Position numbers and translations under genes: made by a program. A stretch of DNA of 64,000 nucleotides from a virus, in the IMG/VR virus record IMGVR_UViG_3300034152_000556, positions 44,709 through 108,708 of that record. One strand, 5' to 3'. A model generated the notes under the pieces. The model saw nothing but the letters and a program-made list of their open reading frames with translations, searched no databases and was not told where the DNA came from. Shown in pieces: positions 17,167 to 27,338 of the stretch. Each line of letters begins with the position of its first letter. Positions within the stretch are counted from its first letter, which is position 1.

Positions 17167-17594
17167 TGTGTATATTCAGCTTTTGCTGTCTCGCTTTCCC
17201 ACACAGTTATCTTTTCTAGAACTAAAAGGTTTTGTGCGTCATCTTTTAGACTATCTATGATTCTGATTAGTCTTGTGAAGAAATATGATGCAAGGGCTTC
17301 AGCTGTCGGGTCAAATGGAAACAAATGTGCTCGACCGAATACATCTTCGTAATCTTCAACCAATTTTTTATCTTTCTCGTTTGCAAGAAATGAATGATCA
17401 AATTCTCCCATGAACTTCATAACTTCTTTCTTTAGCACACCAAAGTCAATAACCATATGGTCATCATTCAATTCATCACTTGAGACTGTGATCTCAACTT
17501 TCATTGTGTGACCATGTATGAACTTGCAATAACCTTCATGCTTTGATAAGCGATGAGCAACGGGAAATTTCAATATTTTTGTTACTCGGTACAT
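17163..17594 (-). CDS. queD: 6-carboxy-5,6,7,8-tetrahydropterin synthase (QueD/PTPS family)
   Basis: AHRL..H.GYC..IHGH, DHSFL, PTAE, VWES. Confidence 0.88.
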   Translation of the reverse strand: MYRVTKILKFPVAHRLSKHEGYCKFIHGHTMKVEITVSSDELNDDHMVIDFGVLKKEVMKFMGEFDHSFLANEKDKKLVEDYEDVFGRAHLFPFDPTAEALASYFFTRLIRIIDSLKDDAQNLLVLEKITVWESETAKAEYTQ

Positions 17595-17604
17595 ATTCCC
17601 TCCG

Positions 17605-18903
17605 TTAAATCACCTTATCATATTGTTCAATGATATAAGGTTCGATATTCTGTAAGATTTCATTTATCTGTTTTACCTCTTTTTCGATTTGCTTTGTATC
17701 TGTGCTCATTGTTAAAAGTTTTCGTATTTTATATTTTGAAAGCAACTCATTTATTCGTGGTTTGCTTAATTTTGTCTTTTTCGATATAAAGTCTACAGAA
17801 TCAAATAAATTCATGTTCTTAGACATACAGTGCTGCAACGGCTCTCTCATTATCCCCAAACTTATCAGCTCTTTTCGAGCATCAATAAGCTCTTCTGCTT
17901 TTGCCAATAACATCTTTTCATTTGTGTCTTTGAACATTTCGTATGTGGCATCAAGCATTTCATCGATTGGTTTTGTTGTAACTCTATCCACATCGATGAC
18001 ATTGTTTTCAAATGTGATAAAACCTCTTACAGCATTTTTAAGAATAGGTTCAAATTCTCTTAATATCTTATCTCGATTGCGATCTTTTAATACTTGAAAA
18101 ACAATCTCTGTTTGATCAGTTGATAGATCAGTGAAACCAATTGAATTTGAATCTAACTCTTTAGCAAAATTTTTCAATATTGTTTCAAACTTTTTACCGG
18201 GAGGCCAAGAATATAGAGTTATTCTATGTGTTCGATAATCAATATCAAATCTCCCCTCGACCTCAATTCTTGCTTTACCTTTTGTTAGCAAGTTTTCTAA
18301 CTGACGCTTTTCAGACAAAATATTGCAGTCTGTTAAAGGTGCTATTGTTGGTTTTGTTTTTCTAAGACCTTTCAACCATTGTAATCTTCGGTATAGGTCT
18401 TTCATCGAATAGCAAGGTATATAAGTTTTGTAGCCAAATCCAATACCTTGAGTATACTCTCGACCAATGAGACACATTGGTAGCATCACCGGTAGAGAGA
18501 ATGGTTCTTTTTGTTCAAGTTCGTTTTCAAACCAATCAACGTATTTGACATACTTAAATGCAAAATCTATCATCTGTTTTGACAGTTTGATTTCAGTATA
18601 TCTCATCGCTGCCGGTCCTACTGGCTCAACCCCAACATTGCAGCCAAAGTTTCCTTGACCTTCAAGAAATCCCTGACGTACTAGCTGAACAATTGTGCCA
18701 TAGATCGATCCGTGCGGATGGTAGTTACCAGTAACATGACCGTCTACTCTTGCTGATTTTATAAACCTTTCTCTCGCTATTTGATACGCCACCAACAGAA
18801 CTCGTCGTTCAACTGGCTTTAGACCGTCAGCAGAGAGTGGAAAACTTCGCCAGTTCGAGTATTGACCATATTCTTTATACAGCTTCGGTAACAATCCGTC
18901 CAC
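17605..18903 (-). CDS. Type IIA topoisomerase subunit A (GyrA/ParC-like, no C-terminal pinwheel)
   Basis: DGLKPVERR, KSARV, YHPHG, QGNFG, AAMRYT catalytic Tyr; 432 aa. Confidence 0.9.
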   Translation of the reverse strand: MDGLLPKLYKEYGQYSNWRSFPLSADGLKPVERRVLLVAYQIARERFIKSARVDGHVTGNYHPHGSIYGTIVQLVRQGFLEGQGNFGCNVGVEPVGPAAMRYTEIKLSKQMIDFAFKYVKYVDWFENELEQKEPFSLPVMLPMCLIGREYTQGIGFGYKTYIPCYSMKDLYRRLQWLKGLRKTKPTIAPLTDCNILSEKRQLENLLTKGKARIEVEGRFDIDYRTHRITLYSWPPGKKFETILKNFAKELDSNSIGFTDLSTDQTEIVFQVLKDRNRDKILREFEPILKNAVRGFITFENNVIDVDRVTTKPIDEMLDATYEMFKDTNEKMLLAKAEELIDARKELISLGIMREPLQHCMSKNMNLFDSVDFISKKTKLSKPRINELLSKYKIRKLLTMSTDTKQIEKEVKQINEILQNIEPYIIEQYDKVI

Positions 18904-19273
18904 TAGTTTTTCCTCCTATTATGGGGAATTCAGGTTTTGTGCCATGCTTTGTTGCTTTTTTCAAATCGTGACCTTGTTTGATCATAAGAGGGTCAAAGTA
19001 TGGGCCACCATTCATGGTGCAGAACACTTTTCCATTGATAAAGAAATAGGTAAAGTCAGTTGCACCACTGTGATTGTAGGGCCAGAGCCATTCATATAAT
19101 ACTCCATACCTACTTTCTTTCAGATGTTCCTCAACGAGATGTTCATACATTCGCCAATTAATTTGAATTAGAATGTCTGTTGGCACTGATACAGGATCGC
19201 CATATCTTGTTAGACTACCTATATAGTACGCACCTAGTCCGGTTCCAGTATAAAAATCTGCTCTTTCATCCAT
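18875..19273 (-). CDS. Hypothetical phage protein
   Basis: ORF in tight gene run; RADFY..G...Y.GS...G.P N-terminus. Confidence 0.55.
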   Translation of the reverse strand: MDERADFYTGTGLGAYYIGSLTRYGDPVSVPTDILIQINWRMYEHLVEEHLKESRYGVLYEWLWPYNHSGATDFTYFFINGKVFCTMNGGPYFDPLMIKQGHDLKKATKHGTKPEFPIIGGKTSGRIVTEAV

Positions 19274-19276
19274 GTC

Positions 19277-19768
19277 TTACCTACAGTAAAGTTTAATGAA
19301 GGTTTGTATTGCTTGAATTTCGTTTTCGACCCATGTGTGAACTGTTTTCCACGGAAACGGATGCCGACAATTAAAATCATTCTCTGGGTCTGAATGAATA
19401 CCCACCACAGGTTTCCACGGTGTCAGATAGTACCATGACAACTCGTAAATCGTTCCGAGCAGTGGCCTTTCTGGTGTCCAATGGTTGAAATTTGCAATAC
19501 AAGCATTTGAATACATTACAAAACCACAATCTTGTGATGGCAATAAATCGCCACATTTGTCATTGATAGCATTGCTTGTAAATTCTTTTTCATCTCCAGA
19601 AGACTCCAAAACACCTTTGCTGAAATTATTTCCGCATGGGTTAATTATTTCAAACTCATTTTGAATGTCTTGCGGTTGTTCTTTCAAATATAATTCAATG
19701 TTTTCTCTCCATTGATATGAACGTGGGTCATTTGATATCTGACCGATCAGATATATCTTTCTCTTCAA
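19277..19768 (-). CDS. Nucleoside 2-deoxyribosyltransferase-like protein
   Basis: KIYLIGQIS...WRE...IINP...GTIYEL pattern. Confidence 0.55.
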   Translation of the reverse strand: MKRKIYLIGQISNDPRSYQWRENIELYLKEQPQDIQNEFEIINPCGNNFSKGVLESSGDEKEFTSNAINDKCGDLLPSQDCGFVMYSNACIANFNHWTPERPLLGTIYELSWYYLTPWKPVVGIHSDPENDFNCRHPFPWKTVHTWVENEIQAIQTFIKLYCR

Positions 19769-20198
19769 ATTCCGAGTACCTCCTATCTTTTGTCACAGGC
19801 CAAAAGTATTCGACTCCTGGTTGTTCTTTCCACCCATACAATTTGTAAAACGCTGGGTTTTTGCTGAGCAAACTTGCTCGATGAGATGCATGTAATCTTT
19901 CATCACCTAACCAAGGAGGTATAATAATTTGTTTTACTGGCATCTCTTGCATGGTATTTTTATAACCACGCGATTTCCATAGTTGAATTGCTGTATTCAT
20001 ATAATGCTTTAGGGCGTTTTCATAACCTTCCCACATCAGTACAGCGGGGTGGTTTCCCCATGCTGCATATATGTTCATTTTTTTGCGTTCCATGATACGT
20101 AAAATCTGAAACGCTTCAACGCGTTGCTTCCCTAACCTCTTATAATCCAAACAATCGAGGGCTTGCTCGAAATCAGGATACGGGAGAAATGTTTGCAT
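19728..20198 (-). CDS. Pyrimidine-dimer DNA glycosylase-like (MSMEG_6728 family) protein
   Basis: MQTFLPYPDF...LDYKRLGKQRVEA.Q...HPAVLMW.G...PPWLG...HASHR..LL.K...Y. Confidence 0.8.
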   Translation of the reverse strand: MQTFLPYPDFEQALDCLDYKRLGKQRVEAFQILRIMERKKMNIYAAWGNHPAVLMWEGYENALKHYMNTAIQLWKSRGYKNTMQEMPVKQIIIPPWLGDERLHASHRASLLSKNPAFYKLYGWKEQPGVEYFWPVTKDRRYSEFEEKDISDRSDIK

Positions 20199-20484
20199 GA
20201 TGCTCTTCATCCTTTTTTTGTTTATATCGATAAGGAGGAATGTCGCCATTTTCTTCAATTTTTAAGTTCTCATATGGGTGCAGAACGCGTCTCTCAAGCT
20301 CGCCAGCAGCGTCCTTGAGAGCATTTACTGCGTCACTAATGGTCTGGTATGACTTTTTATTATTCGCCAGAAATTCGACCGCTAAGCGCGTCACGCAGTA
20401 ATTTAATTCCCCTTTATTAGATGGAATTACATGTATCAGATATTTATCGAATTTTTTTCGATCTTTCTGTTTGATATAGGGCAT
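20173..20484 (-). CDS. Conserved phage hypothetical protein
   Basis: MPYIKQ..R...GELNY..T.L...EL.RR...PYE..KI.ENGD pattern. Confidence 0.65.
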   Translation of the reverse strand: MPYIKQKDRKKFDKYLIHVIPSNKGELNYCVTRLAVEFLANNKKSYQTISDAVNALKDAAGELERRVLHPYENLKIEENGDIPPYRYKQKKDEEHHANISPVS

Positions 20485-20669
20485 TATGTGCCTCCGATTA
20501 ACTTACAACTTCTTGGTCTTTTACCTTTATGTGGTAATAGAATTTTCTTAACTTTTGGTTTGTCTTTGCATTTTGAATTCCAATTACAAGTGAAGTCGTT
20601 GTTGTCATCGATTTCTAGATCGTCACACGATGGACAATCAATGGTTAAAACTTTCTTTCTTACTCCCAT
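20484..20669 (-). CDS. Small Cys-rich hypothetical protein
   Basis: CPSC..C..C..C; coupled to neighbours. Confidence 0.5.
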   Translation of the reverse strand: MGVRKKVLTIDCPSCDDLEIDDNNDFTCNWNSKCKDKPKVKKILLPHKGKRPRSCKLIGGT

Positions 20670-20995
20670 ACAATTTCCTCAATCTTAATGGAATCTGCAA
20701 GAAATACATTCTTGCGACTTTGCATTTTGGGCCATACATCTTTGGCTTTGCACCTAACAATCTTTTTATTATGTTTGTGCTTAAATATTTTCAAATAATC
20801 TATACATTCTTCAAGCGTTGGTAAAATATGCCAACCAGACATGTAATGATTTACGCTCGAACCGTCTCGAACCAATTTATATTCTGATTTTAACCACTCA
20901 CCAACACTTAGTACACGGCTTCCATTAACCCCATGAAATAATGTTTTTATATTACCTTTATCATCAGCTTCAACGATTTTAAACCAATTGCGCAT
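20660..20995 (-). CDS. Hypothetical protein
   Basis: ORF with RBS in tight gene run. Confidence 0.55.
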   Translation of the reverse strand: MRNWFKIVEADDKGNIKTLFHGVNGSRVLSVGEWLKSEYKLVRDGSSVNHYMSGWHILPTLEECIDYLKIFKHKHNKKIVRCKAKDVWPKMQSRKNVFLADSIKIEEIVWE

Positions 20996-21007
20996 CGGCT
21001 GTCCTCT

Positions 21008-21589
21008 CTAATGAATATGAAACCATAAATCATTCGGTGGGTTATCCCAGCATATCTTGCATATCGAACAATCATTTTTACATTCGACAGCGGTTGTGGG
21101 GATGCGCTTTTCAGTACCATCTTGTACCCAAGCTCTAGCTCCTGCTGGTGCTGTGTCTTCACAACCAGGCCACATAGACCAGCCTATAATAAGGTTATCT
21201 GGTTTTCCTCGATAATCCAAATCCCATCTCTTTGTAAATGCTCTGAATTTAGTTTCTGGGCAAGCTCTGGCTATTTCAATCCATCCATCCAAATGATTCT
21301 GGTTTATAAAGTCGCCAGCAACATTAATGCGAAAATACCTATATGGCACTCGTTTGTTTTTGAGCTGACGTATGATAGAATTTGCTGCCTGCATAGGGCT
21401 ATGTTTCCATATGGTAGAGTTATGTGTCCAAGCTTTTCTTACATTCGGGTATTGTATCCATGCTTTTAAAGCATAGCACTGACCCGTACAAGGTGCGTCC
21501 TTCTTACAGTCAGCTACAGGAACCACAGAAGTGTTAGGAATTCTTCCCAGTTTTGTGTTTCCCGTGCTGAGTTTTATGGTTTGTTTCAA
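21008..21589 (-). CDS. Phage GP88-like Cys-rich protein
   Basis: GNTKLG, C...C...CYA, FRINVAGDF, C-terminal C...C..C..C. Confidence 0.6.
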   Translation of the reverse strand: MKQTIKLSTGNTKLGRIPNTSVVPVADCKKDAPCTGQCYALKAWIQYPNVRKAWTHNSTIWKHSPMQAANSIIRQLKNKRVPYRYFRINVAGDFINQNHLDGWIEIARACPETKFRAFTKRWDLDYRGKPDNLIIGWSMWPGCEDTAPAGARAWVQDGTEKRIPTTAVECKNDCSICKICWDNPPNDLWFHIH

Positions 21590-23384
21590 AGTTATCCTCC
21601 AACAGGGTTCTTTTCGCCTCTACATCTGAGAATAATTTAGAAATATGATCGATGTCTGTTGTATATGACACCGGTATTAGATTTCGGGTCTTTTCATTAA
21701 GCAAACAGATTTTCATTTGAGCGGGGGTCAGTTCACCTAACCCTTTGAAACGACTGATAGTTCTTTTGTTCTTTCTTGCTTGTTGTAGCTCTTTCTCATT
21801 CCACAAAGGTATAAACTTTTTGCCTTCGTTTATTGCAAATAATGGTGTTTGAGCAATATAATAATGACCTTCTTTAATAAGGTCTGGTAATAATACAGCT
21901 ATTACCATTGTGAGCAAACAAGCAATGTGAGCGCCGTCATAATCAGCATCAGTTGTACATACGATCTTTGAATATCGAAGTTTTCTTATATCAAAGTGTG
22001 GCCCAATCCCTGTACCAATTGCCCTAACCAACTCACCAACCTCTTTGTTTTTCAGTATGTCTTTTTTCGACACCACGTTTGGTATCGATTTACCTTTGAG
22101 TGGTAAGATTGCGTGTATTTTTGGGTCACGAGATTGAATGATGCTACCACCAGCCGAATCACCTTCAACTATAAATAGTTCTCCGCTTCTATTTGTACAG
22201 TCACGTAACTTTGTAAATTGTGTTGAGAGACGCTTGCCTTTTGTACCGTCTTTCGTTAAATTTTTTGAATCGAGTTTCTTTCGATAGTTATCGAAGCGTT
22301 TCAAATATTCATCAATGACTTCAGTGTGGTGTTCATATATAGAGTCAAGTTGATTTCTGAAGACTTTTATAAATTTATCAAAATATGTTTTTCTATTCGT
22401 AAGTCTTTCTTTGGTTTGACCAGCAAACTTCGGTTCTTTCAAGTTCAACATGAGATATGCTCTTAAACCAACTAAACAATCATTTGGTCTAAACTTATAA
22501 CCAAACTTTTTAGCTTTGGCTGCAAAGAAGTCTTTAAGCACATCATGAAATGCGTTCACATGAGTTCCACCACCACCAACAGGTAACAAATTAATTGATG
22601 AAAACACCTTTGGTGTGTTTGGCCCATTCTCTTCAAATGTGAACATCACAGAAAAGTCTTCTGGCTTTTTCTCAGCTTTCAAGTTGAAGATTACAGTTTC
22701 TTCATCTGTTGTTAAACAGTTCTCTTTGAAATGTTCACCAAGAGATAGATTAATGACTTCTTTATGATAATCTCCGTTTTCAACGTTCAGAACAAACTTA
22801 ACTTTTGGCATCTGCGCTGAAGCCGTGGTCAAACGTCTTCTTATACGATCAATATCTGGTACCAATGTTTCAAATATTTTCTTACTTGGTTTGAATTCTA
22901 TCTTTGTTGCAAATGGTCGATCACCAGAAGATTTGGTAATCTTTTTTCTAACGAGTTTGGTGTCTTTAAAATGACATGTTGCGTATTGACCATTTCTATA
23001 TATTTCAACATTATAGAATTCGCTCAACGCGTTTACAGCCACGAGACCAACTCCATGAAGACCAGAGCTGATCTCGTAAGCTGTCTTTTTGTCTTGAAAC
23101 TTTGCACCAGAAAATAACTTAGATGATACAGTTATTGGTGTGTCGTTTTCAATGGGTATGCCACGACCATTATCAATAACCGCAAATGTAGCATTTGGGA
23201 TATCAATGTTAACTGCAATGATACTAGCATACCCAGCCAACGCCTCATCGAGTGCATTATCTAAAGCTTCTTCGATTAAGTGTGCTGGATTACTTGTATC
23301 TCCAATATACATTGACGGGTTAAGACGTATATGTTCGACCTCGTTAAGAACACGAACGTCTTTGGCATCATATGTTTTTGCCAT
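21534..23384 (-). CDS. Type IIA topoisomerase subunit B (GyrB/ParE-like)
   Basis: HIRLNPSMYIG, EALDNALDE, DNGRGIP, GLHGVG, VEGDSAGG, PLKGK, DADYDG, RFKGLGE; start set at MAKTYD after GGAGGAG. Confidence 0.93.
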   Translation of the reverse strand: MAKTYDAKDVRVLNEVEHIRLNPSMYIGDTSNPAHLIEEALDNALDEALAGYASIIAVNIDIPNATFAVIDNGRGIPIENDTPITVSSKLFSGAKFQDKKTAYEISSGLHGVGLVAVNALSEFYNVEIYRNGQYATCHFKDTKLVRKKITKSSGDRPFATKIEFKPSKKIFETLVPDIDRIRRRLTTASAQMPKVKFVLNVENGDYHKEVINLSLGEHFKENCLTTDEETVIFNLKAEKKPEDFSVMFTFEENGPNTPKVFSSINLLPVGGGGTHVNAFHDVLKDFFAAKAKKFGYKFRPNDCLVGLRAYLMLNLKEPKFAGQTKERLTNRKTYFDKFIKVFRNQLDSIYEHHTEVIDEYLKRFDNYRKKLDSKNLTKDGTKGKRLSTQFTKLRDCTNRSGELFIVEGDSAGGSIIQSRDPKIHAILPLKGKSIPNVVSKKDILKNKEVGELVRAIGTGIGPHFDIRKLRYSKIVCTTDADYDGAHIACLLTMVIAVLLPDLIKEGHYYIAQTPLFAINEGKKFIPLWNEKELQQARKNKRTISRFKGLGELTPAQMKICLLNEKTRNLIPVSYTTDIDHISKLFSDVEAKRTLLEDNFETNHKTQHGKHKTGKNS

Positions 23385-23556
23385 CGTCTCCTCCGCCTTT
23401 TTCATTTTCTTCGTACCGGTAATATTCCGGTAACACTACTAGGCTCCAAAACACTAAAAAAATGCTTATTCCAAGCATTATCCACGAACTCCATTTGCCA
23501 GCAAAGGGTATCATAATCCCTGAAATGACTAATAACACTTTCTGTTCTTTTTTCAT
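23368..23556 (-). CDS. Small two-helix membrane protein
   Basis: MKKEQKVLLVISGIMIPF...WIMLGISIFLVFWSLVVL; fills the gap between neighbours. Confidence 0.5.
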   Translation of the reverse strand: MKKEQKVLLVISGIMIPFAGKWSSWIMLGISIFLVFWSLVVLPEYYRYEENEKGGGDDGKNI

Positions 23557-24818
23557 ACATGTACAACATACCCTGTTTTGTTTACCATATCTGCTGAGCC
23601 AGAGACGACCCAAATGATTTTCTTGGGCATCTTTTTTCTGGGGTGTGCATTGATGTCTTCGCAACCACCATCCGTGAAGAATAAGGTTACATCAGGGTTG
23701 CCTTTTTTAGATTCTTCAAGCGCTGGAAAAAGCACGGTTCCACCACCGCCTTTCGGCTTGAAGTTGATGTCTTTAACTTTCTTACAGTCATAAACATTAT
23801 TAACTTCTGCATCACATTCAATTACTCGTGTTTTTGTGTAACGATCTTTCTCGATAATATGTTTTATACCAGACAGACCTTCACGAACTTCTTCTGGTGT
23901 CATACTACCAGATGTATCAATACACACATCAATTTTGAATGTGAAGTCTCTAGATTTACCGGGAAATGGTGAAATGAGCGGTAAGTTTTCAATCGGTGTA
24001 CATGTGAAAGCATACATTCTTTTACGATTGATTCTTACGTGTGCTCTTTTCCATTTTGCATATCTTGTTCCTTTTACAAGCTTTTTTATCAATTGATAGT
24101 ATGGCACTTTCGGCGGCCCGAGTGCTTCCTCAATCAATCTTGCAATATGAGCTGGTAAGTTACCTCGGTCTTTATTGAATCTTTTGACAGACTCTTTAAC
24201 AAGAGATTTGATGTGGCTGTCAACCTTTCTTGCTAAAGAACTGGTGTCTGAAACACCAGCTGTATTTTTCCAGCCTTCGTGACTATCAAAACCACCATCT
24301 AAAGGTATTGGAACTTTCTTTGCTTTTTTCAGAAGTTCCCAATAATACCATTCTGTCACTTTTTCCGGTGGTAGCTCATATTGTTCTGGAAGTTGTGGGG
24401 GCCATTCTTTACCATTTATCATTAATGGGTTCTTTAATCCTATTTGTTGATTCACGGCGCAATCAGCGGCAATGTTAAATATGTCAATACGACTTTGTGT
24501 TTCTAGAGGGTGTCTACCTATAGATTCGTTTGCAATGATTCTTATACATCTTGGCAAATGCTTATTAAGCAAATGCATACCTTCATGCTCGATTACTTTA
24601 ATGAGATTGTTATCATCAGTTCCCGCCACCAATGTTGGTTCGTAACATAATGTGATAGACCCATCAGAAGGTTCTACTTGAACACCCATAATTGATTTGT
24701 AGCCGGGAACCGCTCTACGTCTTACTTGGGAGAATAAGTACCCCCAATAATTGTATTTCAACACAAATCGAGCAACGAGCTTTTTTATTCTTTCTGGGTC
24801 ATGCAGTGGCGTTATCAT
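23553..24818 (-). CDS. Putative metallopeptidase with C-terminal vWA domain (DUF2201-like)
   Basis: HEGMH (HExxH), NIAADCAVN, vWA MIDAS DTSGS, GGGGT, FFTDG. Confidence 0.85.
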   Translation of the reverse strand: MITPLHDPERIKKLVARFVLKYNYWGYLFSQVRRRAVPGYKSIMGVQVEPSDGSITLCYEPTLVAGTDDNNLIKVIEHEGMHLLNKHLPRCIRIIANESIGRHPLETQSRIDIFNIAADCAVNQQIGLKNPLMINGKEWPPQLPEQYELPPEKVTEWYYWELLKKAKKVPIPLDGGFDSHEGWKNTAGVSDTSSLARKVDSHIKSLVKESVKRFNKDRGNLPAHIARLIEEALGPPKVPYYQLIKKLVKGTRYAKWKRAHVRINRKRMYAFTCTPIENLPLISPFPGKSRDFTFKIDVCIDTSGSMTPEEVREGLSGIKHIIEKDRYTKTRVIECDAEVNNVYDCKKVKDINFKPKGGGGTVLFPALEESKKGNPDVTLFFTDGGCEDINAHPRKKMPKKIIWVVSGSADMVNKTGYVVHV

Positions 24819-26047
24819 CTATTTCTTCCTACAGCAACAAGTGGCTCATAGAACAATTTTTTCCACTTGTCAGATTTCTTCATCATGATAACGTGAATGT
24901 CAGTCATATACTTGAACTCTTCTGATGTTCGTGAGTATCCATCGATCATGGTCACGAACAAGGCCGTTGTATCAACAGGCATCATCAGCATAAAGTCTTC
25001 AATGTTTTTAAGATGACGATCTTCATATTTTGGTCTGGAAGTCAACATGAACATTGTAAACCCTGTCATCAGCTGAGCTACTCTGTCCATTTCTTTCGCT
25101 TTCAGAATTGCTTCGATCTTTGGTTTGACCTCATCAAATTTATAGAACACATCTTTTGGATTGATGTCTTTTTTATCTTTTGCGAATGAGATAAACATTC
25201 TTGTCATATGAGTGTTGATGAGACCAGCAGCGATTGTTTCAATGTCGTCAAAATGATTTTCAACACCGCCATTCGCTTCGAATTTTTTCAAATGATCAGA
25301 CAGCTTTTCATAACTGGCTGGGTTGGCAAATACAGAACCAACTCGTTGAGCATCGAAGTCATAGATATATTCTGGGTGTGTTTGAATAAACTCAACAACA
25401 AATGGGTGAAAGTTTTGCTCTACGGCATACTTTAAGAAGTCTAGAGCACTCACTTCAGTAAAGATATGCAAATGACGACGAAGACCAGCAGCGTCTTCCA
25501 TTGTATCCATCTGATACTCTGCATCATCTGGATTGTCAGTTGATACAACAAACCAACCTTCAGGAAATGCATAGTTGTGAACGGCATATTCATTCTGAAC
25601 TTGCCAAAGCAATTGCTGAAGATTGTGATCTGCTCTTGAAAATTCGTCAATGACAAAGAGACCATACTTTGAATCTCTTCGGGGTACAAAGTCCGAATAG
25701 AGCATATTGAATCGACCTGTCATTTGAAACTTATCGGTTAGAACTGGGTAAGGTGTTAGAAAATCATCTCTGGATAGAACCGGACCTTTGATCATGATCA
25801 TTTCAAATGGCAATTTTAACTCTTCTGCAAGTTCAGCCGTTAGTTGCCCACATATTTGTGTTTTACCAACACCAGCAGGTCCGATGATGTGGAAAGCCTG
25901 TCGCTGCACAGGAATTCGCTTTTGCCAAGCATTAATCGTATTTCGGAAGTCTGTTTTGATTAACTCTTTAATCTTTCCTATTGAAAGTGTGGGTATGTCA
26001 AGTCTTTCATGGTATTTTAATTCTTCTTGTTTTGTTCCTTCGGTCAT
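24815..26047 (-). CDS. MoxR-like AAA+ ATPase
   Basis: GPAGVGKT, VIDEFSR, NP, DAAGLRR; paired with vWA peptidase; start set at MTEGTK after RBS. Confidence 0.8.
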   Translation of the reverse strand: MTEGTKQEELKYHERLDIPTLSIGKIKELIKTDFRNTINAWQKRIPVQRQAFHIIGPAGVGKTQICGQLTAELAEELKLPFEMIMIKGPVLSRDDFLTPYPVLTDKFQMTGRFNMLYSDFVPRRDSKYGLFVIDEFSRADHNLQQLLWQVQNEYAVHNYAFPEGWFVVSTDNPDDAEYQMDTMEDAAGLRRHLHIFTEVSALDFLKYAVEQNFHPFVVEFIQTHPEYIYDFDAQRVGSVFANPASYEKLSDHLKKFEANGGVENHFDDIETIAAGLINTHMTRMFISFAKDKKDINPKDVFYKFDEVKPKIEAILKAKEMDRVAQLMTGFTMFMLTSRPKYEDRHLKNIEDFMLMMPVDTTALFVTMIDGYSRTSEEFKYMTDIHVIMMKKSDKWKKLFYEPLVAVGRNR

Positions 26048-26072
26048 TGAAACTCTCCTGGTAAATTGGTTG

Positions 26073-26097
26073 AGGCTCGGGTTTCCCACCCGAGCCT
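26073..26097 (-). other. GC-rich hairpin 3' of the SSB-like gene
   Basis: aggctcggg...cccgagcct perfect 9-bp inverted repeat; no strong U-tract. Confidence 0.5.
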
Positions 26098-26123
26098 TTC
26101 CGATTACGAGAACATCTTTAACA

Positions 26124-27089
26124 TTAGTCAAAACTTACGTCATCAAAACTGAAAGGTTTCGATTCGGGTTTTTGTGCAGGAGGCTCTTTCTTTGCTTCTT
26201 GTTGTGGTTCTGGATCGTCTTTCTTTTTCATATCGCTACCGTCTGCTGGTAGCATACCTTCTGTTCTTTTATCATCTCCGTAACCGCTTGTTGCTTGTTT
26301 TCTTTGAGACCAATCGAATTTTTCATTGAATTTGGAAAGAGTCTTTTTAGAAACTTGAAGAACATCTTTCACGAAGTCTGTACTTAACTCATTTCCCCTT
26401 GTCATAATGAAAACTTTCTTTGGTCCGAATTGTGAGCCTTCTTCACCAATTGTTATATTTGTAACAAATCTCTTGTTATTTACAACTTTCTTTTCAAACT
26501 CAAGGGATTGTTCTGTGGGTGGTGTGAATATTGGATCTAACTCAAGTCGATACATCTCACCAAGATAATCAGACACATTTTTATATTTCATGCCTTTTCC
26601 ACGAATAAATACAAAGAGTGGTTTTCTTTCTTCGGTGAGGATGGGGTTACCGGCTTTGTCACAATAAATACCAGCAACCAGCAAGTGATTACGACAGGGA
26701 GAACAGAAATCGTTTGCTGCACGTTCTACGGAGTTTGCGGGGCATTCTCTTTGTTTGCCACTATCCAGTTTTGTTGTTCCGTAGAATGGGGGCGAACCGG
26801 CCTTGTAAGAAAAGCATTCGATGCTCTCTCTCTGTCCTTTTGCTGCTGGTTTGACTTTTACATTGACATCTTTAACGTGAATAATGATCATATTCACTTG
26901 TTGAAGATTGTACTCGACGCCACGAATCTGAAGGTTTCCAGCTTGCTCTTGTACGCCAGCCTGATTTGTTCGTGTTATACCAGCAATATAGACGCTGTGA
27001 AAAAACTCATCTTCTGGTGACATCGGTTCTGGTGCTGAGTGGCTGGTCTGTGCAAGATCAGCATACTCATCAAGGTTAAAATCATTCAT
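26124..27089 (-). CDS. Putative single-stranded DNA-binding protein
   Basis: Flexible C-terminus ending in acidic/aromatic FSFDDVSFD; internal Cys/His cluster; inferred only. Confidence 0.45.
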   Translation of the reverse strand: MNDFNLDEYADLAQTSHSAPEPMSPEDEFFHSVYIAGITRTNQAGVQEQAGNLQIRGVEYNLQQVNMIIIHVKDVNVKVKPAAKGQRESIECFSYKAGSPPFYGTTKLDSGKQRECPANSVERAANDFCSPCRNHLLVAGIYCDKAGNPILTEERKPLFVFIRGKGMKYKNVSDYLGEMYRLELDPIFTPPTEQSLEFEKKVVNNKRFVTNITIGEEGSQFGPKKVFIMTRGNELSTDFVKDVLQVSKKTLSKFNEKFDWSQRKQATSGYGDDKRTEGMLPADGSDMKKKDDPEPQQEAKKEPPAQKPESKPFSFDDVSFD

Positions 27090-27104
27090 AAATACTCTTG
27101 CCTC

Positions 27105-27338
27105 CTAATGATATATTAGCATGTAATAAAACACGCCACCAGCAATAGCTGCTATACCAATATATTCTAAAAATGCGGGTATAGCATCTAATGTGGCATT
27201 TGCAAAATCTAGTAACTTAATAGTATTTGAAATAAATGCATCTCTCTCATAGCAATCTTCTGAGCATGAGGGTTGTAATAAACATCTTCGGCATGGATTT
27301 CTAAATGCCTTTCTTATCGATTTGAAATAAGACACCAA
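27105..27338 (-). CDS. Small Cys-rich membrane protein
   Basis: PCRRCLLQPSCSEDC plus C-terminal hydrophobic helix. Confidence 0.5.
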   Translation of the reverse strand: MVSYFKSIRKAFRNPCRRCLLQPSCSEDCYERDAFISNTIKLLDFANATLDAIPAFLEYIGIAAIAGGVFYYMLIYH

